Part shown: positions 27,060-38,115 of the stretch, piece by piece | Numbering within the stretch: the stretch's first letter is position 1 | Layout: each line of letters begins with the position of its first letter | Assembly: GCF_006345805.1 (NCBI RefSeq) | Contig: NC_043001.1 | Location: 134,912,001-134,976,000 of the forward strand | Origin: Octopus sinensis | Taxonomy: Eukaryota | Reading direction: 5' to 3' | DNA length: 64,000 nucleotides | The notes under the pieces: model-generated | Databases searched by the model: none | Told to the model about the DNA's origin: nothing | The model's input: the letters and a program-made list of their open reading frames with translations, nothing else | Translations under genes and position numbers: made by a program

Positions 27060-28150
27060 CATTCAACATGTCTGGATAGTTCAGTCATTCAACGCTGGCA
27101 TATAGACATAAAGGGCATTGTTCAGTTTATCAGCTCTTTTTGAGCTGGGGCTATGTACTTGATGCCTTCCTGTTTGACATGTTTTTCAGTCACATTGATG
27201 CATACTTTTTGAACTACTTTTATATCAGACCAGATAGGAGCTACTCAGTTTGTCTTGGCTGAGGGCTAAAAACAAAAGTACATACAGTTCTTCTCAATGA
27301 CATGTTGCTTGCAGATAATGTGGCACAGGTAAGACACTCTGAAGAGCAATTACAATGCTTTATGTACAGCTTTACAAGACTCTGTCAGGAATTCAACATG
27401 GTAATCAGCCTAAAGAAGACTAATGTTTTGAGTTAAGGTCTTGAACATACATTTTTCATTGACAATAACATTTACAAGATGGTGAATGTCTGTTCACATT
27501 TTCTTATGCTCCGAGATCAACAGATGGATCAAATCAGGTTGATGAAGATAATATGGCAAGCTGATGATACTAACTAAGATTGCATTCTATAAATGTGTCC
27601 TCAGTATATTACTTTATGATAACAAGTCCGAGAACCTTTACTCTGAACAATAATAGCATCTTAATGCCTTGCATCTTCATAGCCCGTGATGCATTCTAGA
27701 CATAAATTAGACCGACCGAAACACCATCAATGAGTTCTTGGCCCATGTCTAGATACTCAGCTTCTTCAATCAGTGTCAACAATGATGTCTCTGCTGACTG
27801 AACAATGAACACATGTCAGATGGGAGGATTTTGAAAAACCTGCTCTATAGGGAGTTGGCCTCTAGAAAACCAGCACAAGAGTAATCTCATCTTTTTTTTT
27901 TAAATCAAAGATGTCCAGGCTAATAAATGTAAATATCAAGAGATAGGAAGAAGTTGTAAATGATTGCCTTCATTAGAGGCTAGAACTTGGAGTGGGGTTC
28001 TAAAAAGAAAAGAGAAACTGAGGCTTGCTGTTAAAGAAAAGTACATACACAAAAAAAAAAAAAAAAGATAAAAGCACAACCCTTAGAAAATATCCAAAAA
28101 TTGTGTCTTTAATGTAAGTTACTGCAGCTGAGGCTGTCATTCATGTGTGG
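27060..28150 (+). pseudogene. Decayed RTE-clade LINE ORF (RT domains 5-7 and C-terminal region)
   Basis: DMLLADNVAQVRHSEEQLQCFMYSFTRLCQEFNMVISLKKTNVL (decayed FADD motif) and, downstream, HMSDGRILKNLLYRELASRK. Confidence 0.85.
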
Positions 28151-28689
28151 ATCTCTAAATCCAAAAATGTATCTTACCCAACTCCATATAAAGAAAAAGT
28201 CTGATAATTCAATGTATGAAGACAGAGTATCTAGTTCCTCTTTTGAAAACACGGAAGAGTTTGCATCAGGATATCCAGTAGTAGAATACTGACTCAATCA
28301 GTTTTGATGAATCCAGCAGATGATAATGATGACACAAACACACACAATACAAACTACTCAGTATTTTAGCTCAAGCATACAATTACAAAAATCAATTGAA
28401 GGAGGGCACAGACATATGAGTAATGTGTGTATATCTTATGTTATTTTATATCAGTGTTGTATATAATTATCATCAGTAAGAAAATCAAAACAATGGTGCA
28501 TTGAAAAACAAGGGCTCTTGATCAAGTGAGACACTCCTTGTCACTCACAGCATCACAACTGCAGTAATTAGCATGGGGGAGTTGTAAAGTATGATGCCAT
28601 TGTTCACAAATTGTGATATAAGATGAATAATATATATATTTAGGAACAAATTTGTTAAGACAATCGTCTCTGTATGAACCACCTCACAG

Positions 28690-29010
28690 GATAGGAATTA
28701 CTGGAAATTTTGGACCTTTTGCGAAAATGATTTCCCATGTTGTGAGGAAATTTAAAGAGATGAAGATTTATTGACCATGCCTAACACGAATGGTCAAGAG
28801 ATGAATAAATTAAAAAGGCCTCTGAGATATTTAGAGAAATAGGCTTAATTAAGAATTACAGTTGATACTGACTTTAGCATAGTTAAATTTTTCTGGATAT
28901 TACTTTATATTTAGAAAAAAATATCTATACATAGCAAAAAACTAATAAAAAACTATTTTATATATATAAGGATTAGAACCTAATCCACAAAGAAACCTAG
29001 TCTCCCAAAC
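28690..29010 (+). pseudogene. Decayed Penelope-like element reverse transcriptase fragment
   Basis: Frameshifted I*RDE...MPNTNGQEMNKLKR...FREIGL..ITVDTDFSIVK/FLDITLYLEKNIY...KTNKKLFYIYKD*N matches the PLE RT pattern YRDD...FLDxTL...YIxxxSNHP. Confidence 0.7.
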
Positions 29011-29017
29011 TTGTTCA

Positions 29018-29018
<1 letters not shown>

Positions 29019-29078
<60 letters not shown>

Positions 29079-29107
29079 GTATGTATGTATGTATGTATGT
29101 ATGTATG

Positions 29108-29143
<36 letters not shown>

Positions 29144-29183
29144 TGTATGTATGTATGTATGTATGTGTGTATATATATATATA
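29019..29183. repeat. Compound (TA)n/(TATG)n microsatellite
   Basis: Directly visible. Confidence 0.98.
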
Positions 29184-29236
29184 TTGTTTATCTTTGGATG
29201 TAGTCACATTCATTAATACTTCTCATTATTAAAAGG

Positions 29237-29531
29237 GTGGAGGTACATGGCCTAGTGGTTAGAGCAACGGACTCATGGTCGAGGGATTGTGGGTTTGAAT
29301 CTCAGACCGGGCGATGTGTGTGTTTATGAGCGAAACATCTAAACTCCACGTGGCTCTGGCAGAAGGTAATGGCGAACTTCTGCTGACTCTTTCACCATAA
29401 CTTTCTCTCACTCTTTCCTCCTGCATCATGCAGCTCACCTGCGTTCCGTCCAGGTGGGGAACCTATACGCCAAGGAAACCGGGAAACCGACCCTATGAGC
29501 CAGGCATGGCTCGAGAAGGAACAAAACAAAA
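29237..29531 (+). mobile_element. tRNA-derived SINE, family-B-like head with a different 3' half
   Basis: GTGGAGGTACATGGCCTAGTGGTTAGAGCAACGG head, (AACAA)n tail, TSD CATTATTAAAAGGG. Confidence 0.85.
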
Positions 29532-29940
29532 CATTATTAAAAGGGGAACTTTGTAATAGTGGCTTTTCAGATAAAATACAATACAAAACCTGAATTGAAA
29601 ATTCCAAGTGTAAAAGTGGACCAAGACATATTCAATGACATACATAATCCAGAATATAGTCTAAATACCCTGTCCATATGTACAAGATAATTTTCATTCA
29701 AATCTGAATTGTTTCAGTGAGAAATTATTGATATTATTTCAAAATGATAAGGATTTGAAGAATTGTGCAGAAATACTAAGTTTCTGTAGGCAACCTTTGA
29801 GGTTCTTATCAATTTATGTGTCTCCAAATGGCTGAATGAAGCAACAAAATTCACAAAATTAGGAACATGCCATTTTTTATCTTCACTTTGGATTGTTATA
29901 TTTTATACACATGCATTATAAAAATAAATATAGGAAAGAC

Positions 29941-30158
29941 ATCTGGTGCAATTTGGAAAAACAAGTAAGGAGTCGATATCCTTGACCATCATCACTATAA
30001 GAACTGGAGACAGTTTTAGCTGAAGAATAGACAAAAATTCCATTGGAAACAATTCCAACTTTGTATGAGTCCATACCTCATAGAATTCAAGCTGTAATTA
30101 CTGCCAAAGGTGGTCCTACCCCACATTAAAATAAATTTGTTTGAAATTTTGAGGTGTT
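29941..30158 (+). pseudogene. Tc1/mariner transposase C-terminal remnant
   Basis: IWCNLEKQVRSRYP*PSSL*ELETVLAEE*TKIPLETIPTLYESIPHRIQAVITAKGGPTPH*, the typical Tc1 ending (SMPxRxxAVIxAKGGxTxY). Confidence 0.85.
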
Positions 30159-30159
30159 T

Positions 30160-30692
30160 ATATATATATATATATTATGGCTGCCCCCTCGTTATCGAGT
30201 ATAGCCATTGCATGAAGCTTAACTGTTACTGGTGCTGTGATCGAATGTGACTTTTTAGCCCGGCTAAAGATCTACAATGTCTTGTCCAAAATTGGCAACT
30301 AAAACCTTTACTGGTAATAGCCGGCTGTAGTTGTAAGTGGTCTTCATGTACCTTTGCATGTCGTTTAAGTCCTCCTGCCGAATTATACTCTCTTCCACAT
30401 GCCCGACAGATATGATTAGTATGGTGTGTTACACCACCACCAGTGGCCAGGTTGTCACTCATCTGTCTCGCTTTATGACTACGAAGATGACTCATGAGTC
30501 CAGCTTTACTGAGGCAGGGTCTTGCACAGACAGTGCATGTCAGAGTCAAAGGAAGACCCTTCCCTTCTGGAAGTGTAACAGCGATGCCCTTCCTGACATC
30601 CCTCCTCACTTTCTCATGTGCAACTCGAGATTTCTCAAACGTGGCTGTCCCCTCATGCACAATCCTTCTCCACCTGCTACGATCAATAGCTA
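30160..30692 (-). mobile_element. 3' end of an RTE-clade LINE encoding C2H2 zinc fingers (ORF 30226-30660 is its C-terminus)
   Basis: In-frame upstream IAIDRSRWRRIVHEG is the RTE AxDRxxWR motif. Fingers CTVC..H..H, CRAC..H..H and decayed CQFW..H..Q. Short 3' UTR, then a (TA)n tail. Confidence 0.8.
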
Positions 30693-32452
30693 TGATATAT
30701 ATATATATAATATATATATATATACATACACATACATATACTCACGCATGTGTGTGTGTTGCAACACAGTGCAAATCAGAAGAATTCAAATAAATAAAAA
30801 TATCATTGTCTCCTTATGGGTTAAATAAGAACTGAAACACACTCTTCCTATAACATACACACACATATACGTGTGTGTGTGCATATATCTTTTCTGAATT
30901 TATATTGGTGTAGTAGTAAAATTGTAAAAAATGGTGCTTAGCTAAAAGTCCTTTGCATTGAGTTAGACATGCTCTTCTAACTTTGATAATTAGAAGAACA
31001 GTGAACTAATGATTGTCCCACTAACCAATGGTGTTATTGTTCACAAACTGTGATGATGCACACACGCATGCATGTGCCCCCACCCCTTCAATATTCTCTT
31101 GATAAAATGTTTGGCATTAGGAAAAGCACCCAATCATAGTAAACATTTCCAAAAGAATATATATGTGAGATATGGTACTTATCTAGGAGGACAGCTTATT
31201 TGAAGAATTGAATTGGATTATGATGACATATCCATTTCATCCTAGTATGGAAAACAGACCTTAAAATGATTATGATGATGATGATAATAATGATGATGAT
31301 GATGATGATAATGATGATGGTGATGATGATGATGATGGTGGTGGTGGTGATGGCAATATATGTCTGTGTTCATATTTGTGATTATATTTTATCAGTCTAA
31401 AATCCATTGCTGCTAATGTTGTATCACTTCACAATTCATAACATTAAGCAATTCAATAGAGACTAATGAAATAGGTACCAGACAAAAATAAGTACTTTTA
31501 TAGCTGCAATTGAATGACCGAAACCAGGAAGATGTTTTCGACAATTTTCTTTTGCTGTTTAGTTATTATAGTTAATGATAGGAGCTAACAACAGAGTTTA
31601 TGTACCATTTTGTCTCTAATGAGAAGTGAGAATGTGACCACATCTGTCATCCCAACTCAACTTTATACATGCTCTTGGTAACATTATGCTTCTTCAGACC
31701 TACTGATAGCTGACAGAATTCTTCATCAGATTTTGGACCATAAAATAATAAAAGATAATATCACTACAGCATCTAGTTTCATTGGCTTACAGTCAGTAAC
31801 ATCATAGCAGATGGTAACAAGAATACAGAGAAAAGTTGAAGGTATCAAATAACTGTTTCCTTCGCTCTTTTGTCAAATATATTTGTGGTGAACACTATTA
31901 GAGTAAAATTGGGCACAGACGTGGCTGAATAGTTAATTATTTTATATTGCAATTATGAAGTGCTGAGTTTGATCTCTGCACAGCATCTTGAGTTAATGTT
32001 TTCTGCTATAACCTCAAGTCAACCTAATCTTTGTAAGTGAAATGGGGTGCATAGAAACTATGTGGAAGCCTGTTGAACGAATTGTACATGTAATTCAAAA
32101 GAGCCAGCCTTGTCACAGTGTTACAGTCACTTTACCTGATTATGTTATGGGTACATGTGTATGTGGAATACTCAGTCACTTGCATAATAATACAATGAGA
32201 AATTTCCACAGATCAAAAAATTGGAATATTCAGTATTGAAACCAATGCATGATTTTGAAGGCTTATGGTGATTTGATTTCAAGAACTAGTTTTTTAATTC
32301 CAAGTTGAATAGGCTGTGTGAATGAAGAAAGTATTTTACTCTTTTTTGCCAGTTACTTTCATAAGACTCAATCAAGCCTTGTGTTATTAAAAAAAAATAA
32401 AACAAAACAAAAAGAAGTTTATTTATGTAGGATAGTATAGATGACTATAATC

Positions 32453-32850
32453 TTTTCTACTCTAGGCTCAAGTCTTGAAATTTTTGGGGAGGGCAGGCAG
32501 TCAGTTAGATCGACTCCAGTATGCAACTGATACTTAATTTATCAACCCCAAAAGGATGAAAGGTAAAGTCGACCTCAGCAGAATTTGAACTCAGAATGTA
32601 AAGACAGACAAAATACCTATTTCTTTATTACCCACAAGGAGCTAAACACAGAGGGGACAAACAAGGACAGACAAAGGTATTAAGTCGATTCCATCGACCC
32701 CAGTGCGTAACTGGTACTTAATTTATCGACCCCGAAAGGATGAAAGGCAAAGTCGACCTCGGCGGAATTTGAACTCAGAATGTAGCGGCAGACGAAATAT
32801 CGCTAAGTATTTCGCCTGGCATGCTAACGATTCTGCCAACTTGTTGCCTT
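32453..32850 (-). mobile_element. Two tandem/nested family C SINEs
   Basis: Full copy 32616-32850 abutting an older variant with a different tail (32453-32615). Confidence 0.85.
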
Positions 32851-33201
32851 ATAGATGGCTATAATAGTAGAACTTGAACAAAATTAATTTCAGTATCTAA
32901 TTTCTCCCATATTCATTTTGGGTTTTGGGTTGGGTTTTCTAGTGATCTCTCTAAGCCCCACACCAAATTACATGTAAATACACTGAGATTGATGTAATCT
33001 AATATGCTCACTCCTTTCAATAATTGACCTAACTAATATGTCAAATATTGTATCTATGTAAATTATAATTATTCCTTTTATAGAACAATTATTTGTTAGA
33101 TGGGCACAGGCATGGCTGTGTGGTAAGAAGTTTGCTTCTCAACCATATGATTCCAGGTTCAATTTCACTGCATGGTACCTAGGGTATGTATCTTATACTA
33201 T

Positions 33202-33586
33202 GGGAAGCACTCTGTCGGTTACGACGACGAGGGTTCCGGTTGATCCGAATCAACGGAACAGCCTGCTCGTGAAATTAACGTGTAAGTGGCTGAGCACTCC
33301 ACAGACACGTGTACCCTTAATGTAGTTCTCGGGGATATTCAGCGTGACACAGAGAGTGACAAGGCCGGCCCTTTGAAATACAGGTACAACAGAAACAGGA
33401 AGTAAGAGTCAGAGAAAGTTGTGGTGAAAGAGTACAGCAGGGATCACCACCACCCCCTGCCGGAGCCTCGTGGAGCTTTAGGTGTTTTCGCACAATAAAC
33501 ACTCACAACGCCCGGTCTGGGAATCGAAACCGCGATCCTATGACCGCGAGTCCGCTGTCCTAACCACTGGGCCATTGCGCCTCCAC
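33202..33586 (-). mobile_element. tRNA-derived SINE family B nested in an old family-A-like SINE (33102-33815)
   Basis: 12-bp TSD ATCTTATACTAT; the host SINE continues on both sides. Confidence 0.93.
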
Positions 33587-34109
33587 ATCTTATACTATAG
33601 CCCCAGGCTGACCAAAGTCTTGTGAGTGGATATGGTAGATGGAAACTGAAATATATATGTGTGTGTTTGGTTTGTTTACATCCCTGTAAAGAAGAGATCA
33701 GAATAAGTGCCAGGCTTTAAAAAATACTGGAGGCAATTTGTTCAACTAAAACCTTTGAAGGTGGTGCTCCAGCATGGTTGCAGTCTAATGACTGACACAA
33801 ATAAAAGATAAAAGATACACAAAGCCGCATATCTAGGAGGAAGAAACCGTTGATTAAATCAATTCAGTATTTGATTTGTATTTTGATCTATAGACTCTAG
33901 AAAGATGAAAGATTAAGTCTACCTCATCAAATTTTGAACTCAAGAATATAAAACATTTTGTTCACTGCTCTACTAATTCTGCCATCTACTAACCTTTCAT
34001 AAAACAAATGTTAATAATAAGAGTCTTTACATTTTGGAAATAATCATAAAAAATAGCTAATGTTGGTGTTATAAATTCATGTAAATCTTAATGAAGTGTT
34101 TATTAACAA

Positions 34110-34507
34110 CTAGCAGTATCGCCTGGCGTTGCTCGGGTTTGTAAGGGAAATAACTATAAAGCATTTTTAGAGAGTTATAGCCAAAAAATAGCAAAAAATG
34201 CATTAAAAATGGGAAAAAAATTATGGTAAATTTTTTAAAAAATCGTTGACTCATCGTAGACATTTTTAGAGAGTTACTTCCCTTATATAATAGCGAAAAA
34301 AATGCATTAAAATGGAAAAAAAATTATGGTAAATTTTTTTTAAAATCATAGACTCATCATAGATGCGCGCTAATACCCAGAAGGGCTCGATATGAATCAC
34401 GACTATAAGATACCCGGTTTTGGTTAAACTGCACCGCAAAATGTGGGAGTAGTTAGGAATCTAAATCGTAGGAGACAGACACACAACCTCACTTTTATAT
34501 ATAAAGA
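34110..34507 (-). mobile_element. Non-autonomous Helitron, family 1
   Basis: Same TC...hairpin-CTAG structure as 1624-2020. Confidence 0.9.
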
Positions 34508-34791
34508 TGTGCCTTGAAGAGAATTTAGTTGTAAATAATAGCTTATAATACATTGAATTTAAAATTCCATTGATAGTAAAAAGGCAAAAATCTACCTGTA
34601 AGACATGAATCACATATCTTCTGTAACTCAGAATTATAGCTGAATCCACTTTGAGAATAATTCATTAATAAAGATTTATTTACATATTTCTCAATGCTTC
34701 TATGTTTGCATACTAAATGTAAGTAAATCTTAATTATTTCATTTATTTGAAAACAACAATTAAGAAGGAAAATATTAATGTTTCAACTTAC

Positions 34792-34964
34792 CAAAAAATT
34801 AAAACCTTATTAGGTATTAAAAGGTTCATAAATCCTTCAGAGTGCAAAGAAAATGTTCAGAATAAGAAAACCATTCCAGTCAAATAAAAATCCTTTTTTA
34901 AAATTTAGAATGTTGGTTTCAATTTAAATAATTTAATCAAGGTAATATCCAGGACTATATGCAC
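34792..34964 (-). other. Candidate non-coding/5'-UTR exon
   Basis: Acceptor TTTTTTTTCATTGCAG|G and donor TTG|GTAAGT around 173 nt of unique sequence; stops in all three frames near its start. Confidence 0.35.
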
Positions 34965-35574
34965 CTGCAATGAAAAAAAAAGTACATGACCATTAGTTAT
35001 TTAGAAAATTTATGATCTTTTCATGAAATTAAGTATTTATAACAATGATATTTGATGTAGTGGAGATAGGAAAACACTAATATTGAACTTAATTTAAGCT
35101 TTCACCTACAGCAGTTATCCATCATCATAATGTAAGTTACCAGTAAGAAAGGTAACCAGCCATACCACCAACTATTTCAAAAGCAAATGACCACAGGGGA
35201 GGGAGAAAGAAAGAGTGGAGGAAGAGAGAGAGGGAGAGAATGAAGAAAAGATCTATTTAATGAGTGTGTAAGAAGCATGATGCTGTGTGGAGATAAAATG
35301 TTTAACGAGTAGAGAAATAGTTCAGTAACTGTATATATATATACAATAGCAAACAGTTTTAGCCTGTTATTGGCGTATCATTTACATACATGTATGTATT
35401 ATATATTTTAGTATTAGGTAAAATATTTATAAATAACGGAGATGTACTTGCATAGCAAGTGATTTGATCTGAGATCATGTGCTGAAACGAAAACAATTGC
35501 AGCGTGGAAGGTGTTTGTAAGCCATTTAAGAAACACACAAAAGCCGTTCGATTCACTTCAACATTTAAGTTTAA

Positions 35575-35624
35575 TTTGTCAAAATATTTTCGTCGCTAAA
35601 ATCCGCGACCTGTTCACTGACAAA
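35575..35624 (-). ncRNA. Minimal type I hammerhead ribozyme, G3:C8 variant (mirror copy)
   Basis: Exact reverse complement of 35642-35691. Confidence 0.7.
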
Positions 35625-35641
35625 AATCCACAGCACGGATT

Positions 35642-35691
35642 TTTGTCAGTGAACAGGTCGCGGATTTTAGCGACGAAAATATTTTGACAAA
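35642..35691 (+). ncRNA. Minimal type I hammerhead ribozyme, G3:C8 variant
   Basis: UUUGUCA-GUGAACA-G-GUCGC ggauuuua GCGAC-GAAA-A ua U-UU^-UGACAAA. 7-bp stem I, 5-bp stem II, palindromic 2-bp stem III. Confidence 0.7.
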
Positions 35692-36475
35692 TTAAACTTA
35701 AATGTTGAAGTGAATCAAACGGCTTTTGTGTGTTTCTTAAATGGCTTACAAACACCTTCCACTTATAAATAAGCATTTTATAAACATGAAGGAAAATCTT
35801 TTCTTCTCAAAGTCCATTACATGATACCTAAAATCTAGTAGCATGTCCCCTAAAAATTCATGACATATTACAGCTGTCATACAAGTTATATAGGTTCACA
35901 ATCACTGAATTATAAGTTCTGCACTGTCAATTTATGAGGAAGGTTGAATGCAAGTGAGTGATTTGATGCAAGTGAGTGATTTGCATATACAGAGTTTATA
36001 GAGAAGAATCATGTGTGTTAGGTAAATGTGATGGAAGGTACAGAAGAAGATCAAAGTGGAAGAGATACTTTAATCTATACTCACTTCCAGTAAACATTCT
36101 ACAATTGACTTTCTCTGCAATCCCCTGTCTCTTTTATACGGATTTTATGAAGTATATTATTTGGATTGTGGACACTTAACCTACTTGATTATTTCTATTT
36201 CCTAATTCATACTTATCTCAGTCACAACCTTTATCACTTATGTCATTTATTACTTAGAACATCTATCGCTTATACAGACACTTATTATTGGTCACCGTCC
36301 GTCTAAAGAGATGACGGAAAATCCCTTTTTTTTCTTCTTCTCCTTTCTCCCTTCCCCTTTCCACTTCACACCCACTTATCTCAGCATCAACCAACCTATT
36401 GACTTTAATTTTCATATCTTGGGATTGTCTCAAATTAGTTAATTGCTCACATCCACTCATCTAGCAATTTTCATA

Positions 36476-36600
36476 CTACTACTACTACTACTACTACTAC
36501 AACAACTACTACTACTACTACCACCACCACCACCACCACCACCTCCCACTACCACCACCTCCCACTACCACAACCACCACCACCACTACAACAACAACGA
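36476..36600. repeat. Compound (CTA)n/(CCA)n/(CAA)n microsatellite
   Basis: Directly visible. Confidence 0.95.
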
Positions 36601-36983
36601 TATTATTCTTCAACATAGACAAGCAACAGGTGACTCAAATTCAACTAACTTTCTGTCTGTATTGATCTGTGCACGTGTGTTATCAAAACAACTCATCAAC
36701 AACAAAAATAGCACAAGAAATTATTGGAGTAAACCTTATTTCCCTTTTAGAATATATTGGGAAATTAGAACATGGTTGTAATAGGTCATTTGGTACAACT
36801 GGAAATTTTGCCTTACAGATCTCCTGCTACTGTAGTGAGCTATACTATTCCATAGTACTTCATGTCATTATCTAACCTTGACAATGCAGAACTATGATTA
36901 AAGGCATGTCTAGCTGTGACCATCATGTCTTTTTTTTTCAGACAGTGTATCTAGGATTACATTATCCAATAAATCCTACTTTT

Positions 36984-37210
36984 TTAACCCTTTAGTATTT
37001 AAACTGGCCATATCCGGCCAAAATAGTTAATCTGTTTTATGTTCAAACTAACCAGATCCAGGCCCTCACACCTACCCTACAATGTTATTTTATATTAAGT
37101 AATTACACCATCAAGATCTTGAAGATATGAGAAAATGCATGATTAATTCAAATCAATGGGAATCAATAGGCATTATGTTTGATAGAATAATCTGAACACT
37201 AAAGGGTTAA
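36984..37210 (-). mobile_element. piggyBac-type MITE, family 1
   Basis: TTAA TSD and CCCTTTAGT termini; inserted in an older repeat. Confidence 0.92.
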
Positions 37211-37415
37211 AGACAATGTTGGATATTTGGCCTCTATTTCTTGCAGGGTGAGCAACTGCATAGAGGATCTCTTGTTTGTTTATCATTATTATTTTTATTG
37301 GTGGTAGCTCTTTGTAGCTGAGAAAGATTTCCTCCTAGTATGTGATGAATCTAATATGCAATGGGGTTGTTGTTCACACTAACCACAACAAGCAGCAGCA
37401 TGTCATGTGAAATTT

Positions 37416-37721
37416 AAAAATCCAGATCCCATTACTTGAAGAATATTTAAAAACCCTAAGAGGCAGTAGTAACCCTTTCATTAAAGGGACAGTGATACAC
37501 AAGGCCTGAGTATCAAATTTGTCACATTTTAGTTTAATTTACCAGCACCACCACAATTATTATAAAATAATTGTGGTGGTTCCAGATAAATTAAACTAAA
37601 ATGTGACAAATTTGATACTCAGGCCTGTGTATCAATGTCCCTTTAATGAAAGGGTTACTACTGCCTCTTAGGGTTTTTAAATATTCTTCAAGTAACACAT
37701 GGAAATGGGATCTGGATTTTT
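37416..37721. repeat. Long palindrome, ~146-156-bp arms, 4-nt loop
   Basis: 37416-37561 is the reverse complement of 37566-37721, with a few mismatches and one ~10-nt indel. Confidence 0.93.
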
Positions 37722-37752
37722 TAATTGTTTGATAGTCAAGTTTGGTTTACAC

Positions 37753-37961
37753 TATTTACTCTTTTACTTGTTTCAGTCATTTGACTGCGACCATGCCGGA
37801 GCACCGCCTTTAGTCGAGCAAATCGACCCCGGGACTTATTCTTTGTAAGCCCAGTACCTATTCTATCGGTCTCTTTTGCCGAATCGCTAAGTGAGGGAGA
37901 CATAAACACACCAACATCGGTTGTCAAGCAATGCTAGGGGGACAAACACAGACACACAAAC

Positions 37962-38004
<43 letters not shown>

Positions 38005-38115
38005 TACGACCGGCTTCTTTCAGTTTCCGTCTACCAAATCCACTCACAAGGCATTGGTCGGCCTGGGACTATAGCAGAAGACACTTGCCCAAGATGCCAC
38101 GCAGTGGGACTGAAC
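37753..38115 (-). mobile_element. SINE family A, head truncated
   Basis: Matches the family A body and tail. Confidence 0.9.

Larger units (their letters stand above)
35437..35762. mobile_element. Penelope-like insertion: 126-bp inverted arms (35504-35629 / 35637-35762), 10-bp TSD
   Basis: Arms differ at one position seen; 7-nt loop; TTATAAATAA at 35427-35436 and 35763-35772; each arm carries a hammerhead fold. Confidence 0.8.

Noticed and set aside
30226-30660. Host C2H2 zinc-finger gene
   Set aside because: The ORF start is a GTG inside an RTE motif. It lacks TGEKP linkers and has a LINE-type 3' tail and abrupt 5' truncation at (TA)n, so it was called as a LINE end.
36443-36781. ORF with a poly-L 'signal peptide', poly-P and poly-H
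   Set aside because: Translation of a compound microsatellite.
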